From NCBI GenBank assembly GCA_016218805.1, contig JACRCW010000039.1:62001-84903 (forward strand): a DNA stretch of 22,903 nt, given 5' to 3'. The notes beneath the pieces were generated by a model, which was not told where the DNA came from, ran no database searches, and saw only the letters and a program-made list of their open reading frames with translations. This DNA is from Deltaproteobacteria bacterium (GTDB taxonomy: Bacteria; Myxococcota; JACRCW01). The number at the start of each line of letters is the position of its first letter. Positions within the stretch are counted from its first letter, which is position 1. The translations under genes were made by a program, and so were the position numbers. Shown piece by piece: positions 1 to 9,207 of this stretch.

Positions 1-649
1 AGCGCCGGCGGAGCTGGCGGATGGCAAACCCCACCTGCTGCGGGTGGTGGAACGGCAGCAGCGAGGTGAGCAACAGGTCCAGCGCAGCGGCATCCGGCGC
101 GCGCCCCACCAGGACGTCGTCCGCGCCGGCCTCGGTGAACGCCGCCACCGCCTCCGCGTTCCCGGCGGGTTGGACCACCACGCACGGGGTGTCCGCGTAC
201 TTCTGCCGCGCCACCTGCAGCAGGTTGGTTGCCCAGCCGGGCTGGGGTCCCACCACCAGGAACAGCACCAGGTTGCGGCCGGCCTTCAACTCGTCCACCG
301 CCGCAGCCGCGGTCTGCACCACCGTGGGCACCGCGCCCGCGTGCCCCAGCAGCTCATCCAGCTTCAGGCCCGGGACCTGGCCGGGGTCCACCACCAGGAC
401 GTTGGGCCGGCGCAGTGACGGGGTCTCCGTCGTCACCACCTCGGGAGAGGAGGCAAAGACGTCCGGTTCCTCGGCAGGCGGTGCGGAGACGCTGATCCGC
501 GTGGACTCAACGTCGTCGGACGCAAAACCAGCGGCCACGGTCGGCTCGGGGCGCCGCGGGGTTGGCGTCACGCGCGTGTCAAGCTGCGTGGGAGCGCTGC
601 GCGAGCCGCCCCCAGTGTCCCCACGCGGTGGCCGAGGGCTCCGTGCCAT
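1..649 (-). CDS. Pseudo-receiver (CheY-like) domain protein with disordered N-terminus; 3' end runs off the window
   Basis: Read by hand from ATG at 649: MARSPRPPRG...SLRRPNVLVVDPGQVPGLKLDELLGHAGAVPTVVQTAAAAVDELKAGRNLVLFLVVGPQPGWATNLLQVARQKYADTPCVVVQPAGNAEAVAAFTEAGADDVLVGR... The frame is open to the window edge. NVLVVD, TPxVVV and AGADDVL follow the REC fold pattern. Starts 19 nt after the upstream stop. Confidence 0.7.
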   Translation of the reverse strand, partial: MARSPRPPRGDTGGGSRSAPTQLDTRVTPTPRRPEPTVAAGFASDDVESTRISVSAPPAEEPDVFASSPEVVTTETPSLRRPNVLVVDPGQVPGLKLDELLGHAGAVPTVVQTAAAAVDELKAGRNLVLFLVVGPQPGWATNLLQVARQKYADTPCVVVQPAGNAEAVAAFTEAGADDVLVGRAPDAAALDLLLTSLLPFHHPQQVGFAIRQLRRR

Positions 650-668
650 AGGCGCCGCGCCTGGGGCG

Positions 669-3600
669 TCAGTGGTAGTAGAGGCCGTGCAACACGCGCG
701 TCGTCACCCGTTCGCCCTCGCCGGTCTTCGGGTCAAACTTCATGGTCACGTACACGGTCTGGAAGTGCAGGTGCCCAAAGATGCTCAGCCCGCCGTCACC
801 CCCCACCTGGATGGCCTCCGTGAAGTACCCGGTGAGCGCGAAGTGATACAGCCCGTCCCCTTCGCAACCTGCCGAGGAGAGATTCACCTGGGTGAAATCG
901 CCTGGGGTTACGGACACCAGCGTCGAACCGTAGGCGCAAATGGCGTCACCGTTGGCGTCGCGGAAACCAACCACAATCTGGACGCTGTCCGACGGCCCCA
1001 CCACGAAGAAGTCGTTGCCGCCTGAATGGTCCGTGGTGGACATGCGGTCGCGGTAGGTGCCGATGAGCCCCTGGTAGATGAGAGAATCGTTCTCCTCGTC
1101 ACCATCCGGGATGGCGTGAACAAAGCTGTGGCCGCGGTCGTAAAGAACCACGTCCTCCATCGCGTTGCCACCGTTGATTTGCCCGTGACCGCGCAGGACC
1201 GCGCGGCTGTAATCCGGGAGGCCATTGACCACCGGCACCGGCACAGACCAGTCCACGGTGTCAAAATACGGGTAGCTGTTGGAGGCCAGTTCCAGGTTCT
1301 TCCAGATGAGCGTGTCCGTGTCGAACCGGCCGTTGGCGTCGTCCCACACGCCGTTGTCGTTGCCGTCAATGAACTGGTCCGTCTGCGCGATCCGCAGCTG
1401 CGCGCGCGCAAAGTCGTCGAAGGGTGCGCGCAGGTCACCGGCGATCACCTCGAACTCGACGTCCATGGACGCCACCGCCCCGCCGCCGGGGAGGGTCAGG
1501 GAGGCCAGCAACCAGGGCGCGGTACGCACCCAGGCTTTCCGGCCGCCGGTGGAGGTCAACTCCACGGAAGTGGTATCCGGAGCAACGTTGACCGCGCTGC
1601 CCGCCGTGGCGTCACCAGGCGCCTTGTACCGGAAACTACCGCGCGTGCCCCCGGTGGAGGACCAAGTCAGGACACCGCGCTCGTTCGACGTGCTGGTGAA
1701 GCCCCGACGCGCCGTCGGCGTGTCATCCTGGATCACCAGACCGTCCACGCCGGGCATCAGCACATAGCCATTGTCCGGGTTGCGCTCGCCCAGGACAAAA
1801 CTCTGGTCGTACACGGACTCCATGACCACGCTGCCGGCGGAACCGTTGATGCGCGCCGCAATCATGTTGGTGTCCCGGTAGCGCCAATGCGGGCACCAGT
1901 TCACGCGGTCCGTCTCCGGAGTCCGGCCGCCGGACGACAGCACGTCCTGGCAGTTCCATGTGCGGTCCCAATCCGGGCACCAGTGACGGCGGCATTCGGC
2001 GGCCGTCAGGCCGGGGGTGGGGAACTCGGTCGCATCGTCATAATAGGGGTTGCAGTACGTGCCAATGCCCACCAGCGCGCGGTACACGTCGTGGTGGATT
2101 GGAAGCATGTCCGCGGGCAGGTCGCAGTTGGCGCGCAGGCCATCCAGGTTCTTGTCCAGGAACGGCTCCGGCATGTCCGTGAACGGTTCAGTCACTTGGT
2201 AGTCACCGTCCCCATTGGAGTCCACGAATGACTCCTCGCCGCGGGTCGCCACCAGCAGGCTGATGAGACCGTCCTGCGGGTTGCCGATGCGGAAGACGTC
2301 CTGTGGCGCGTCCAGGTGCGGCCGGTCGTAGGCGTAGACGGAGTAGCTCTCGCCGGGCACGGGGTCGGTGTCCAGGCCGAACGAGGGGCCCGGCAGGTAG
2401 GAGGCGGTAGAGAACCCGTCTGGGTCGCTGGTGACCACGTTGGGGATGCTGCCGCTCTCCACGCGGAGTTGCAGTTGGTAGCCGGACCCACTGCGGGCCA
2501 CCCGGTTGCTGAACCGGTCCACCAACTGGACGTTGATGGCGGAGCCTGCCGGCCGTGCGAAACCACCAAACGGGTCCCGGTAGCCGGTGTGCGCGCGGTC
2601 ATTGAACACCGTGGACGCCCCGGCGATCTGGATGGACATGGGCGCCCATGCGGGCTTGCCGCCCACCACGCTGATGGGATCACTGGACGCGGTGACCACC
2701 TGCTGGTCACGCCGCGCGGTGGCGCGCACCACCAGCGACGCCGCTTGCTCACCCGAGCCGATGTAGGCCGACACGATACCCGTGGTGGAGTTGGAGGATG
2801 CCTGCGGCGTGACCGTGGCTGTCTGGTCACGGTTGTTGTCCAGCTCAAACTCCACGGGAACGTCGCCGGCCGGGCTGTTGTCGTCGTTGAAGACCTGGAA
2901 CTGGACGGTGCCGGTCGTGGGCAGGGAGGTGGAGCGCACGCCCAACACGGACGGACTTGCGCCGAGGTAAACCATGCTGGCCAGGACGGGCGCCCGGTCC
3001 ACGGTCATGTTCTCCGTCAAGGTTTTTGTGGAGGGGTCGGTGGTACGGCACGGTTGGTCCGTGGCGTCCCGGTTGGCGTCATAGGGGAGGTCCACGGCGT
3101 CAACCGTAATGGTCACCGGCCCCCGCACCACCGCTGACGTGGGCTGTACGGTGACCGTCGCCTTGCCGGTGGCGTCGGTCCGGGTCATGAGCGAGTCCAC
3201 GTTCACGTCGTTGGAGCCGTCTGACAGCAGCGCCCGTGCTGCGCTGATTCGGTCCAGCGTGAAGCACACTTCCCGGTCAGGCAGGCCGCCGGTGCCCCTG
3301 AGCATGGTGACTGTGATGGTCCCGTTCCCAAGCGCGCCCATGCGGCTGAAGATCACTCCGCTGGCGGGCGCCAACTCGGAGGTGACGCTGATGGTGTCAT
3401 TGTTGACGAACTTCACCGTGGCCTGGTTGGGGGCAATGGTGGATGTGGACGTGTTGGAGGGCTTGAAGGACGCAGACAAGGACACGTCCGAGTCCGCAAC
3501 GGACGTGGGGGCGGCCTTGAACAGGATGGTGGCAACGGTGGCCGCTGGGAGGTTGGGCGCCGCCGGCCGTTGCGTGGTGGTGACCACCGCGGTGCGCAGG

Positions 3601-4679
3601 TTGTCCAGCACGCCGGCGTCACGGACGTTGGGAGAGATACCGGTGAACCCCTGGCAGTTGTTCTCCGCACCCACGCAACTGAACTCCACCTCCATCGGAG
3701 CAGTAGGCGATCGGCCGTCACGGTCCACCACTTCCACTTCCAGTTCGACTGCGTCCGAACTGTTGGCGCCGGCCGCCAGGGTGGCCGTGAAGTCTCCGGT
3801 GGTGCCCGTGATGTTTGGAGAGCCCGTGGCCGAAGTGACACGCACCAGTTTGAGCGACGAGTGGTTGGGAGCCTGCGCATACTGGAACCTTAGTTCTGCG
3901 GTCACCGATGTTGTCAGCGCGCTGGTGAAGACTGCGCGGAGCGTGATGGGCACAGCCGCGGCCGCGGTCACGTCGTCACCCGGGTACAGCGCGTAGAGCC
4001 TCGCGCTTCCGGTTGTGGCGGGCAGGGCCACCGGCAGGGTGACCGGCGTGGTGCTGGTCTCGTCCAAAGTAAAGAGCACGCCCGTGCCCAGGGTGCTAAC
4101 CACAACGTTGCCGGACACCGGCGCACTCCCGTCGAAGTCCTTGACCTCAATGGTGATGGGGATACGGCTGGGCTCGGTCACCACAGCACCATCCGCTGGC
4201 GACGTGAACGCAATGCTGCTGGCATCAGGAACCGCGGTGCACACAATGGTCACTGGCGTGGCCACAACTGGCGAGCCCACGTTTCCGCCGTTGGCCAGCA
4301 GTGTGGCTTCCACCCGGGCGTTGCCGGAGACAGGGATGTTGGCCAGGCTGACGCACTTGAAGGACAGTTCCGCCACGCCCTCGCTGTTCAGGCGGGCGGT
4401 CACCCGGTCAATCAGACCATTCCCGCTGGAACCGTTGGCGGCCGGGTCCACCAGCGAACCGCCCGTTGCCCTGACCTGGACCTCCGCGTCCGGCGCCTTG
4501 CCGGCGGAGCCCGTCACGGTGACTGTGATGACAGAGGATTCGCGGGGATTGGCCGGAAGGGTCTGCGGATTCGCGTCGACCTTGATGGTGAAGAACTCCG
4601 TGCCTCCGCCCCGGTTGGTGCAGCCCGCCGCCACCAACGCACCCGCCACCAGCCAGCCCTGCCATCCCCGCGCGCTCAT
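669..4679 (-). CDS. Large surface lipoprotein with tandem bacterial Ig-like (invasin/intimin Big_1-like) domains and DxNxDG Ca-binding loops
   Basis: 1336 aa. Signal peptide with lipobox AAGC (C20). RBS GAGGTG upstream. Thr/Val-rich beta repeats (TRTDATGKATVTV, VTSDPDG). Motifs GEESFVDSNGDGD..EPFTDMPEPFLDKNLDG and FIDGNDNGVWDDANG. Confidence 0.75.
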   Translation of the reverse strand: MSARGWQGWLVAGALVAAGCTNRGGGTEFFTIKVDANPQTLPANPRESSVITVTVTGSAGKAPDAEVQVRATGGSLVDPAANGSSGNGLIDRVTARLNSEGVAELSFKCVSLANIPVSGNARVEATLLANGGNVGSPVVATPVTIVCTAVPDASSIAFTSPADGAVVTEPSRIPITIEVKDFDGSAPVSGNVVVSTLGTGVLFTLDETSTTPVTLPVALPATTGSARLYALYPGDDVTAAAAVPITLRAVFTSALTTSVTAELRFQYAQAPNHSSLKLVRVTSATGSPNITGTTGDFTATLAAGANSSDAVELEVEVVDRDGRSPTAPMEVEFSCVGAENNCQGFTGISPNVRDAGVLDNLRTAVVTTTQRPAAPNLPAATVATILFKAAPTSVADSDVSLSASFKPSNTSTSTIAPNQATVKFVNNDTISVTSELAPASGVIFSRMGALGNGTITVTMLRGTGGLPDREVCFTLDRISAARALLSDGSNDVNVDSLMTRTDATGKATVTVQPTSAVVRGPVTITVDAVDLPYDANRDATDQPCRTTDPSTKTLTENMTVDRAPVLASMVYLGASPSVLGVRSTSLPTTGTVQFQVFNDDNSPAGDVPVEFELDNNRDQTATVTPQASSNSTTGIVSAYIGSGEQAASLVVRATARRDQQVVTASSDPISVVGGKPAWAPMSIQIAGASTVFNDRAHTGYRDPFGGFARPAGSAINVQLVDRFSNRVARSGSGYQLQLRVESGSIPNVVTSDPDGFSTASYLPGPSFGLDTDPVPGESYSVYAYDRPHLDAPQDVFRIGNPQDGLISLLVATRGEESFVDSNGDGDYQVTEPFTDMPEPFLDKNLDGLRANCDLPADMLPIHHDVYRALVGIGTYCNPYYDDATEFPTPGLTAAECRRHWCPDWDRTWNCQDVLSSGGRTPETDRVNWCPHWRYRDTNMIAARINGSAGSVVMESVYDQSFVLGERNPDNGYVLMPGVDGLVIQDDTPTARRGFTSTSNERGVLTWSSTGGTRGSFRYKAPGDATAGSAVNVAPDTTSVELTSTGGRKAWVRTAPWLLASLTLPGGGAVASMDVEFEVIAGDLRAPFDDFARAQLRIAQTDQFIDGNDNGVWDDANGRFDTDTLIWKNLELASNSYPYFDTVDWSVPVPVVNGLPDYSRAVLRGHGQINGGNAMEDVVLYDRGHSFVHAIPDGDEENDSLIYQGLIGTYRDRMSTTDHSGGNDFFVVGPSDSVQIVVGFRDANGDAICAYGSTLVSVTPGDFTQVNLSSAGCEGDGLYHFALTGYFTEAIQVGGDGGLSIFGHLHFQTVYVTMKFDPKTGEGERVTTRVLHGLYYH

Positions 4680-4696
4680 GCTAGCACCTCGTCAGT

Positions 4697-4745
4697 TGTC
4701 GCCCGTCGACGAGCAAGCCCGGAAACGGGCGCGACATTCGACGGG
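4697..4745 (-). promoter_or_regulatory. Nested and alternative stem-loops in the leader of the Ig-like lipoprotein gene
   Basis: CCCGTCGA (4702-4709) pairs with TCGACGGG (4738-4745). Inner stem GCCCG (4717-4721) / CGGGC (4726-4730). Alternative pairing of 4697-4706 with 4725-4736 has a 2-nt bulge. Confidence 0.35.
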
Positions 4746-4771
4746 AGCCTAGGGGCGGCCCTGCGACCGGG

Positions 4772-6100
4772 TCAAGGAAAGCGCCTCACGGCCGGGTCCC
4801 CGCCACGCCTGACCAGCAGTGCGCGCATGTGGGACAACTCGGCGCGGGGGACTGCGCCAATGGCGGTGGCGACGACACTGGGGGCGCGGAACACGGCGGC
4901 GGCCACGCGCCGGACCGCTGCGGGCGTGACGGCCGCGGCCAGCCGGAGGGCCGCGCGCGGGTCAGTAGGCAGACCGAACAGCGTTCCGCGGCCGTGCCAC
5001 TCAGCCACCGAGGCAGCGTGGTCATGCATCTGCTCCAGGCCGTAGGCGAACCGCTGCCGCGCCCGGGCCAGCTCCGCGCGGCCGGGCCCGTGCCGGGCCA
5101 GGCGGTCCACCTCGCGCAGCAGCGCGCGCAGCGTGCGCACTTCCTTGCCGCGCGTCACCAGCGCGCCAAAGTCAAACGCGCCGGCGTCTTCGCCCAGGTC
5201 CACTTCGGCCCATAGCTCGTAGGCCAGGCCGGCGCGGTCCACCAGTTCCGCCTGCAGGCGGGAGGCAAAGCCGTCATCCAGCACGCGGCGCAGCAACTGG
5301 AGGGGCCAGGCGTCCGGGTGCCGTGCTCCGGGCGTGGCGAATGAGAGCCGCAGCTGCGTCTGCGGTCCCGGCTGACGCACGTGCACCAGGCGCGGGCGGC
5401 GCAGCGGGACGGGCGTGCCACCGGGCAGGCCCGGGGCGGTGCCGGCGGGGAGTGCCCCCAGGTGCCGCCGCGCCAGCCGCGTCACGCGCGCCGGATCCAC
5501 GTCACCGGCCACGGCCAGCACCAGGTTGCGGCCCACGTGGAAGCGGTGGTGGTGCGCCCACAGCTGGCGGCGGCCAAACCGCGCCACGCTCTGCAGGCTG
5601 CCATCAATGGAGCGCCCGGCCGGGTGGGCGGGGTACAGCGCGGCGCGCGCCAGGTTGTCGGGGTCAATCTCCGCTCCGTCCTCGTCAAAGCACTCGCCGA
5701 TTTCCTCCAGGATGACGGACTTCTCCGGCGCCAGGTGCGCAAACCGTGGCGCGCGCATCATCTGCCCCAACAGCGCCACCGCGTCGTCCGCGCCGCCGCG
5801 GCGGAAGGCGGTGGCGTAGACGGCGTGATCCCGCCAGGTGGTGCCCTCCAGGCTGCCCATGAAGGACTCTGCGTGCAGTGCCACCTCGCGCGAAGTGCGC
5901 CATGGCCCGCAACCGCGGAACAGCATGTGTTCCACAAAGTGACTGAGCCCGTGGGTGGCGTCCGTTTCGTGCCGCGGCCCGGCGCGCGTGAACAGCGCAG
6001 CGTGCCCGGTGGACAGGTGCGGGAGCGCCACGGCCACCACGCGCAGCCCGTTGGGGAGGACGTGCAGCCGGGCCGCCGGGTGCTGCTGCGCGCGCTTCAC
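4772..6100 (-). CDS. M16 (pitrilysin/insulinase) family Zn metallopeptidase
   Basis: LPNGLRV, then the inverted zinc motif GLSHFVEHMLFRG (HxxEH), downstream EKSVILEEI, and C-domain SRLQAELVDRAGLAY. The GTG start overlaps the upstream TGA (GTGA, 6097-6100). Confidence 0.93.
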   Translation of the reverse strand: MKRAQQHPAARLHVLPNGLRVVAVALPHLSTGHAALFTRAGPRHETDATHGLSHFVEHMLFRGCGPWRTSREVALHAESFMGSLEGTTWRDHAVYATAFRRGGADDAVALLGQMMRAPRFAHLAPEKSVILEEIGECFDEDGAEIDPDNLARAALYPAHPAGRSIDGSLQSVARFGRRQLWAHHHRFHVGRNLVLAVAGDVDPARVTRLARRHLGALPAGTAPGLPGGTPVPLRRPRLVHVRQPGPQTQLRLSFATPGARHPDAWPLQLLRRVLDDGFASRLQAELVDRAGLAYELWAEVDLGEDAGAFDFGALVTRGKEVRTLRALLREVDRLARHGPGRAELARARQRFAYGLEQMHDHAASVAEWHGRGTLFGLPTDPRAALRLAAAVTPAAVRRVAAAVFRAPSVVATAIGAVPRAELSHMRALLVRRGGDPAVRRFP

Positions 6101-8193
6101 TTGGGGGTGGTCAACCGGGCGGCAATGATCTCAGCCACGTCTTTCACCTTGACGTTCTCGTCGGCGCCCTTGGCCTTGGTCCCGTCGGTAATCATGGTCA
6201 TGCAGAACGGGCAGCCCACGGCCACCGTCTGGGCGCCCGTCTTGAGCGCCTGCTCGGTGCGCTCCACGTTGACGCGCTTGCCAATGTGCTCCTCCATCCA
6301 CAGCCGCCCGCCACCGGCACCGCAACAGAAGCTGCGCTCGCGGGTGCGCTCCATCTCCACCAGCTCCACGTTGTTGAGCACCTTCAGGCTCTGGCGCGGC
6401 GCGTCGTACACCTGCGCATAGCGGCCCAGGTAACACGGGTCATGGAACACAATCTTCTCGGCGGGAGCGTCCTTCTTCAGCGGGATGCGGTTCTTCTCCA
6501 GCAGTTCCGCCAGCAACTCGGTGTGGTGGCGCACCTTCCACTTGGGAGCGCCGTAGTCCTGGTATTCGTTGCCCAGGCTGTTGAGGCAGTGCGGGCAGGT
6601 GGTCACAATCTCCTTGAACTTGTACTTCCCCAGCGCCTCCTGGTTCTCCTTGCACAGGTTCATGAACACGTACTCATTGCCCATGCGGCGCGCGGGGTCG
6701 CCGGTGCACTTCTCTTCACAGCCCATCACTGCAAAGTTGAGCCCCGCCGCCTTCATCAGCGCCACCAGCGCCTTCTGCGTCTTCATGGCGCGGTCATCCG
6801 TGGCCCCCGCGCAGCCCACCCAGAACAGGATGTCCACCTCCTGCTTGTCGCGCATGGTGGGGACCTCCAGGCCTTCGGCCCACTTCTCGCGCTCAGACTG
6901 CGGCACGCCCCACGGGTTGCCCTGCCCTTCCAGGTTCTTGAACGCGCCCGCCAGTTCCTGCGGGAAGTCACTCTCCATCATCACCTGCGTGCGGCGGATC
7001 TCCATCAACGTTGACGGCACGGTCTCAATCAGCACCGGGCACACCTGCATGCACGCACCGCACGTGGTGCAGGCCCACGCTTCATCCACGTGGATGCTGC
7101 CGTGGCTGAGGTACATCCCGTCCGCCGCCACCTTGATGGGCCCGTCCGCACCGCCGTGCGCTACCGCTTCCTTGTTGATGAGCGCTTCCCACTTGGGCTC
7201 CGGCGGGGTGGCGCCCTCCGCGGGGGGCGGGGCGGCCTGTTGCGCCATGATGGTGGCGGCGTTGGCCTTGAGGTTGTCCTTGATGTCATGCAGCACCTTG
7301 CGCGGCTGCAGCGGCTTGCCAGTGAGGTGCGCCGGGCACGCGGCGTTGCAGCGGCCACACTCCGTGCACGCGTAGCTGTCCAGCAGCGTCTTCCAGGGCA
7401 GCTCGGTGACCTTGGACCAGCCGAACACCTCCGCGGTATCAAAATCAATGACGGAGGGTTTCCCGCGCGGCCCCTGGCGGTGGAAGAAGATGTTGGGCAG
7501 CGCCGCCATGGTGTGCGCATGCTTGGAGTACGGGAGGTAGTTCACAAACGCCAGGAACACGAACAGGTGGCCCCAGTAGCCCACCTCGTGGAGCGTGGCG
7601 TTGAGGGACCCCAGCCCCGCAAGCGCGTTGCCCATGGGCGTAGCGAACGGGCGGAACCAGCCCTGTGGCCCCCCCATGGCGATTTGCGTCGTGGTGTACA
7701 GGAAGAAGGTGACGTACAGCGCCACGATGAAGCTGAGGATGATTTCAGCATCCGCGGAGCGTGGCTCCAGGCGCGGCACCAGGTGGAACCAGCGGCGGAT
7801 GAGCGCCCACAGGCCCACCAGGATGATGAGCCCGGCGGTGAAGTCCTGGCTGAACAGGAAGGCCTGGTACAGCGGAGCGGGTAGGAACGACAATTCAAAC
7901 GGATGCTGCAGAACGCCGGTGGTCATGCCGGACAGCACGTGCTCCGCGTGTCCCAGCTGCAAGATGAGGAAGCCGTAGAAGAACACCAGGTGCATCAGGC
8001 CGGCGCGGGTCTCCTCCATCACCTTCTGGTGGCCGAACACGTAGGTGATGACGTCACGCGTGCGCTCGCCCACGCGGTCCAGCAGCGCTTCCGGCCGCCC
8101 GGCCAGCAGCAGCAGCACCAGCTTGCGGACGTTGTACGCAAACAGCCCGAACGACCCCACCGTCAACACCAGCACGACGACGGCCTTCAGCAT
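6097..8193 (-). CDS. fadF: Membrane-bound Fe-S oxidoreductase, FadF/HdrD-GlpC-like (NarI-like TM domain, two [4Fe-4S] motifs, two CCG domains)
   Basis: About 5-6 TM helices with His residues. CTECGRCNAACP and CTTCGACMQVCP. CCG-domain motifs WVGC..KCTGD..TTCPHC and HDPC..CCGAGGG..GCPFC. GNPWG motif. ATG 8193 preferred over 8220 because GGAGG directly abuts 8220 while a GGAG is spaced for 8193. Confidence 0.85.
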   Translation of the reverse strand: MLKAVVVLVLTVGSFGLFAYNVRKLVLLLLAGRPEALLDRVGERTRDVITYVFGHQKVMEETRAGLMHLVFFYGFLILQLGHAEHVLSGMTTGVLQHPFELSFLPAPLYQAFLFSQDFTAGLIILVGLWALIRRWFHLVPRLEPRSADAEIILSFIVALYVTFFLYTTTQIAMGGPQGWFRPFATPMGNALAGLGSLNATLHEVGYWGHLFVFLAFVNYLPYSKHAHTMAALPNIFFHRQGPRGKPSVIDFDTAEVFGWSKVTELPWKTLLDSYACTECGRCNAACPAHLTGKPLQPRKVLHDIKDNLKANAATIMAQQAAPPPAEGATPPEPKWEALINKEAVAHGGADGPIKVAADGMYLSHGSIHVDEAWACTTCGACMQVCPVLIETVPSTLMEIRRTQVMMESDFPQELAGAFKNLEGQGNPWGVPQSEREKWAEGLEVPTMRDKQEVDILFWVGCAGATDDRAMKTQKALVALMKAAGLNFAVMGCEEKCTGDPARRMGNEYVFMNLCKENQEALGKYKFKEIVTTCPHCLNSLGNEYQDYGAPKWKVRHHTELLAELLEKNRIPLKKDAPAEKIVFHDPCYLGRYAQVYDAPRQSLKVLNNVELVEMERTRERSFCCGAGGGRLWMEEHIGKRVNVERTEQALKTGAQTVAVGCPFCMTMITDGTKAKGADENVKVKDVAEIIAARLTTPK

Positions 8194-8246
8194 GGCGAGG
8201 GCACTCCAAGTCCGCGGCATCCTCCGTTGGACGCAGCGCGTCAGGG

Positions 8247-8275
8247 TGGATACCAGAGGGCCCCTGCCCGTCCAA
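8247..8275 (-). promoter_or_regulatory. Putative sigma70-type promoter for the fadF-like/M16 unit
   Basis: Minus strand reads TTGGAC-N17-TATCCA with a TG extended -10 element. Confidence 0.35.
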
Positions 8276-8295
8276 GTCTCGTCGGTGGACGGGTG

Positions 8296-9207
8296 TCAGC
8301 GCGGGTGGTGGCAGGCGGCCAGGCGGCCCGCATTGTCCACGACACGGAGCGCGGGCGGGTCAGTCCGGCACAGGTCCGTGGCCCGCGGGCAGCGCGGGGC
8401 AAATGTGCAGGCGGGAGCCACCATGGACGCGGCCACAGGCAGCGGGGAGGGGGCGCGGCCGGCAGCGGCGTCAACCAGCAGCCCCGTGTACGGATGCGCG
8501 GGGGCGGCGGTCACCGCGTCGGCGGCGCCGGACTCGACGACACGCCCGCGGTAGAGCACGGTCACGCGCGGGCACAGCCACCGCACCAGGGACATGTCAT
8601 GGGTCACCAGCAGGCACCCCAGCCCGCCCGCGCGCGCGATGTCCACCAGCAGGTTGAGCACCTGCGCCGCCACGCTGACGTCCAGGGCGCTCACCGGCTC
8701 ATCCAGCAGCAGCGCGCGCGGCTCCACCGCCAGCGCACGCGCCAGCGCCACGCGCTGCCGTTGTCCGCCGCTGAGCTGGTGCGGGTGCCGCGGCAGGAAC
8801 GATCCCTCCAGCCCCACGCGCGTTAGCAGGTCCACCAGCCGCGCCTCGCGCGCCGCGCCGGCGTGGAGACGGTGGATATCCAGCGGTTCGGCCAGCAGCG
8901 CGCGCACGCTCATGCGGCCATTGAGTGATGACCGCGGGTCCTGCAGCACCGGTTGCACCAGCCGCCGCCGCGCCCGCAGCGCGCGCTCGGGGACCGCGGT
9001 GACGTCGTCGCCGTCCCAGTGCACAGACCCGCGGTCCACCTTGAGCAGCCGCAGCAGCGCGCGCACCGCCGTGGATTTCCCGCTGCCGGATTCGCCCACC
9101 AGGCCGTGCCATTGCTGGGCGTGCAGTGACAGGTCCACCCCCTGCAGCGCCGCCGTGCCGTCCGCATACCGGACGTGCGCGTCACGGAGTTCCAGCAGCG
9201 CGCTCAC
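8296..9207 (-). CDS. Oligopeptide/dipeptide ABC transporter ATP-binding subunit (OppF/DppF type)
   Basis: Walker A GESGSGKST, QDPRSSLN, signature LSGGQRQR, Walker B LLLDEP, H-loop VTHD, HPYT, C-terminal CxFAPRC..C..ACH. GTG 9207 overlaps the upstream TGA. Confidence 0.92.
   Translation of the reverse strand: MSALLELRDAHVRYADGTAALQGVDLSLHAQQWHGLVGESGSGKSTAVRALLRLLKVDRGSVHWDGDDVTAVPERALRARRRLVQPVLQDPRSSLNGRMSVRALLAEPLDIHRLHAGAAREARLVDLLTRVGLEGSFLPRHPHQLSGGQRQRVALARALAVEPRALLLDEPVSALDVSVAAQVLNLLVDIARAGGLGCLLVTHDMSLVRWLCPRVTVLYRGRVVESGAADAVTAAPAHPYTGLLVDAAAGRAPSPLPVAASMVAPACTFAPRCPRATDLCRTDPPALRVVDNAGRLAACHHPR

Noticed and set aside
21..4752. Several long plus-strand ORFs (21-1025, 1026-2231, 3109-3996, 4015-4752)
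   Set aside because: Shadow ORFs typical of high-GC DNA, opposite well-supported minus-strand genes.
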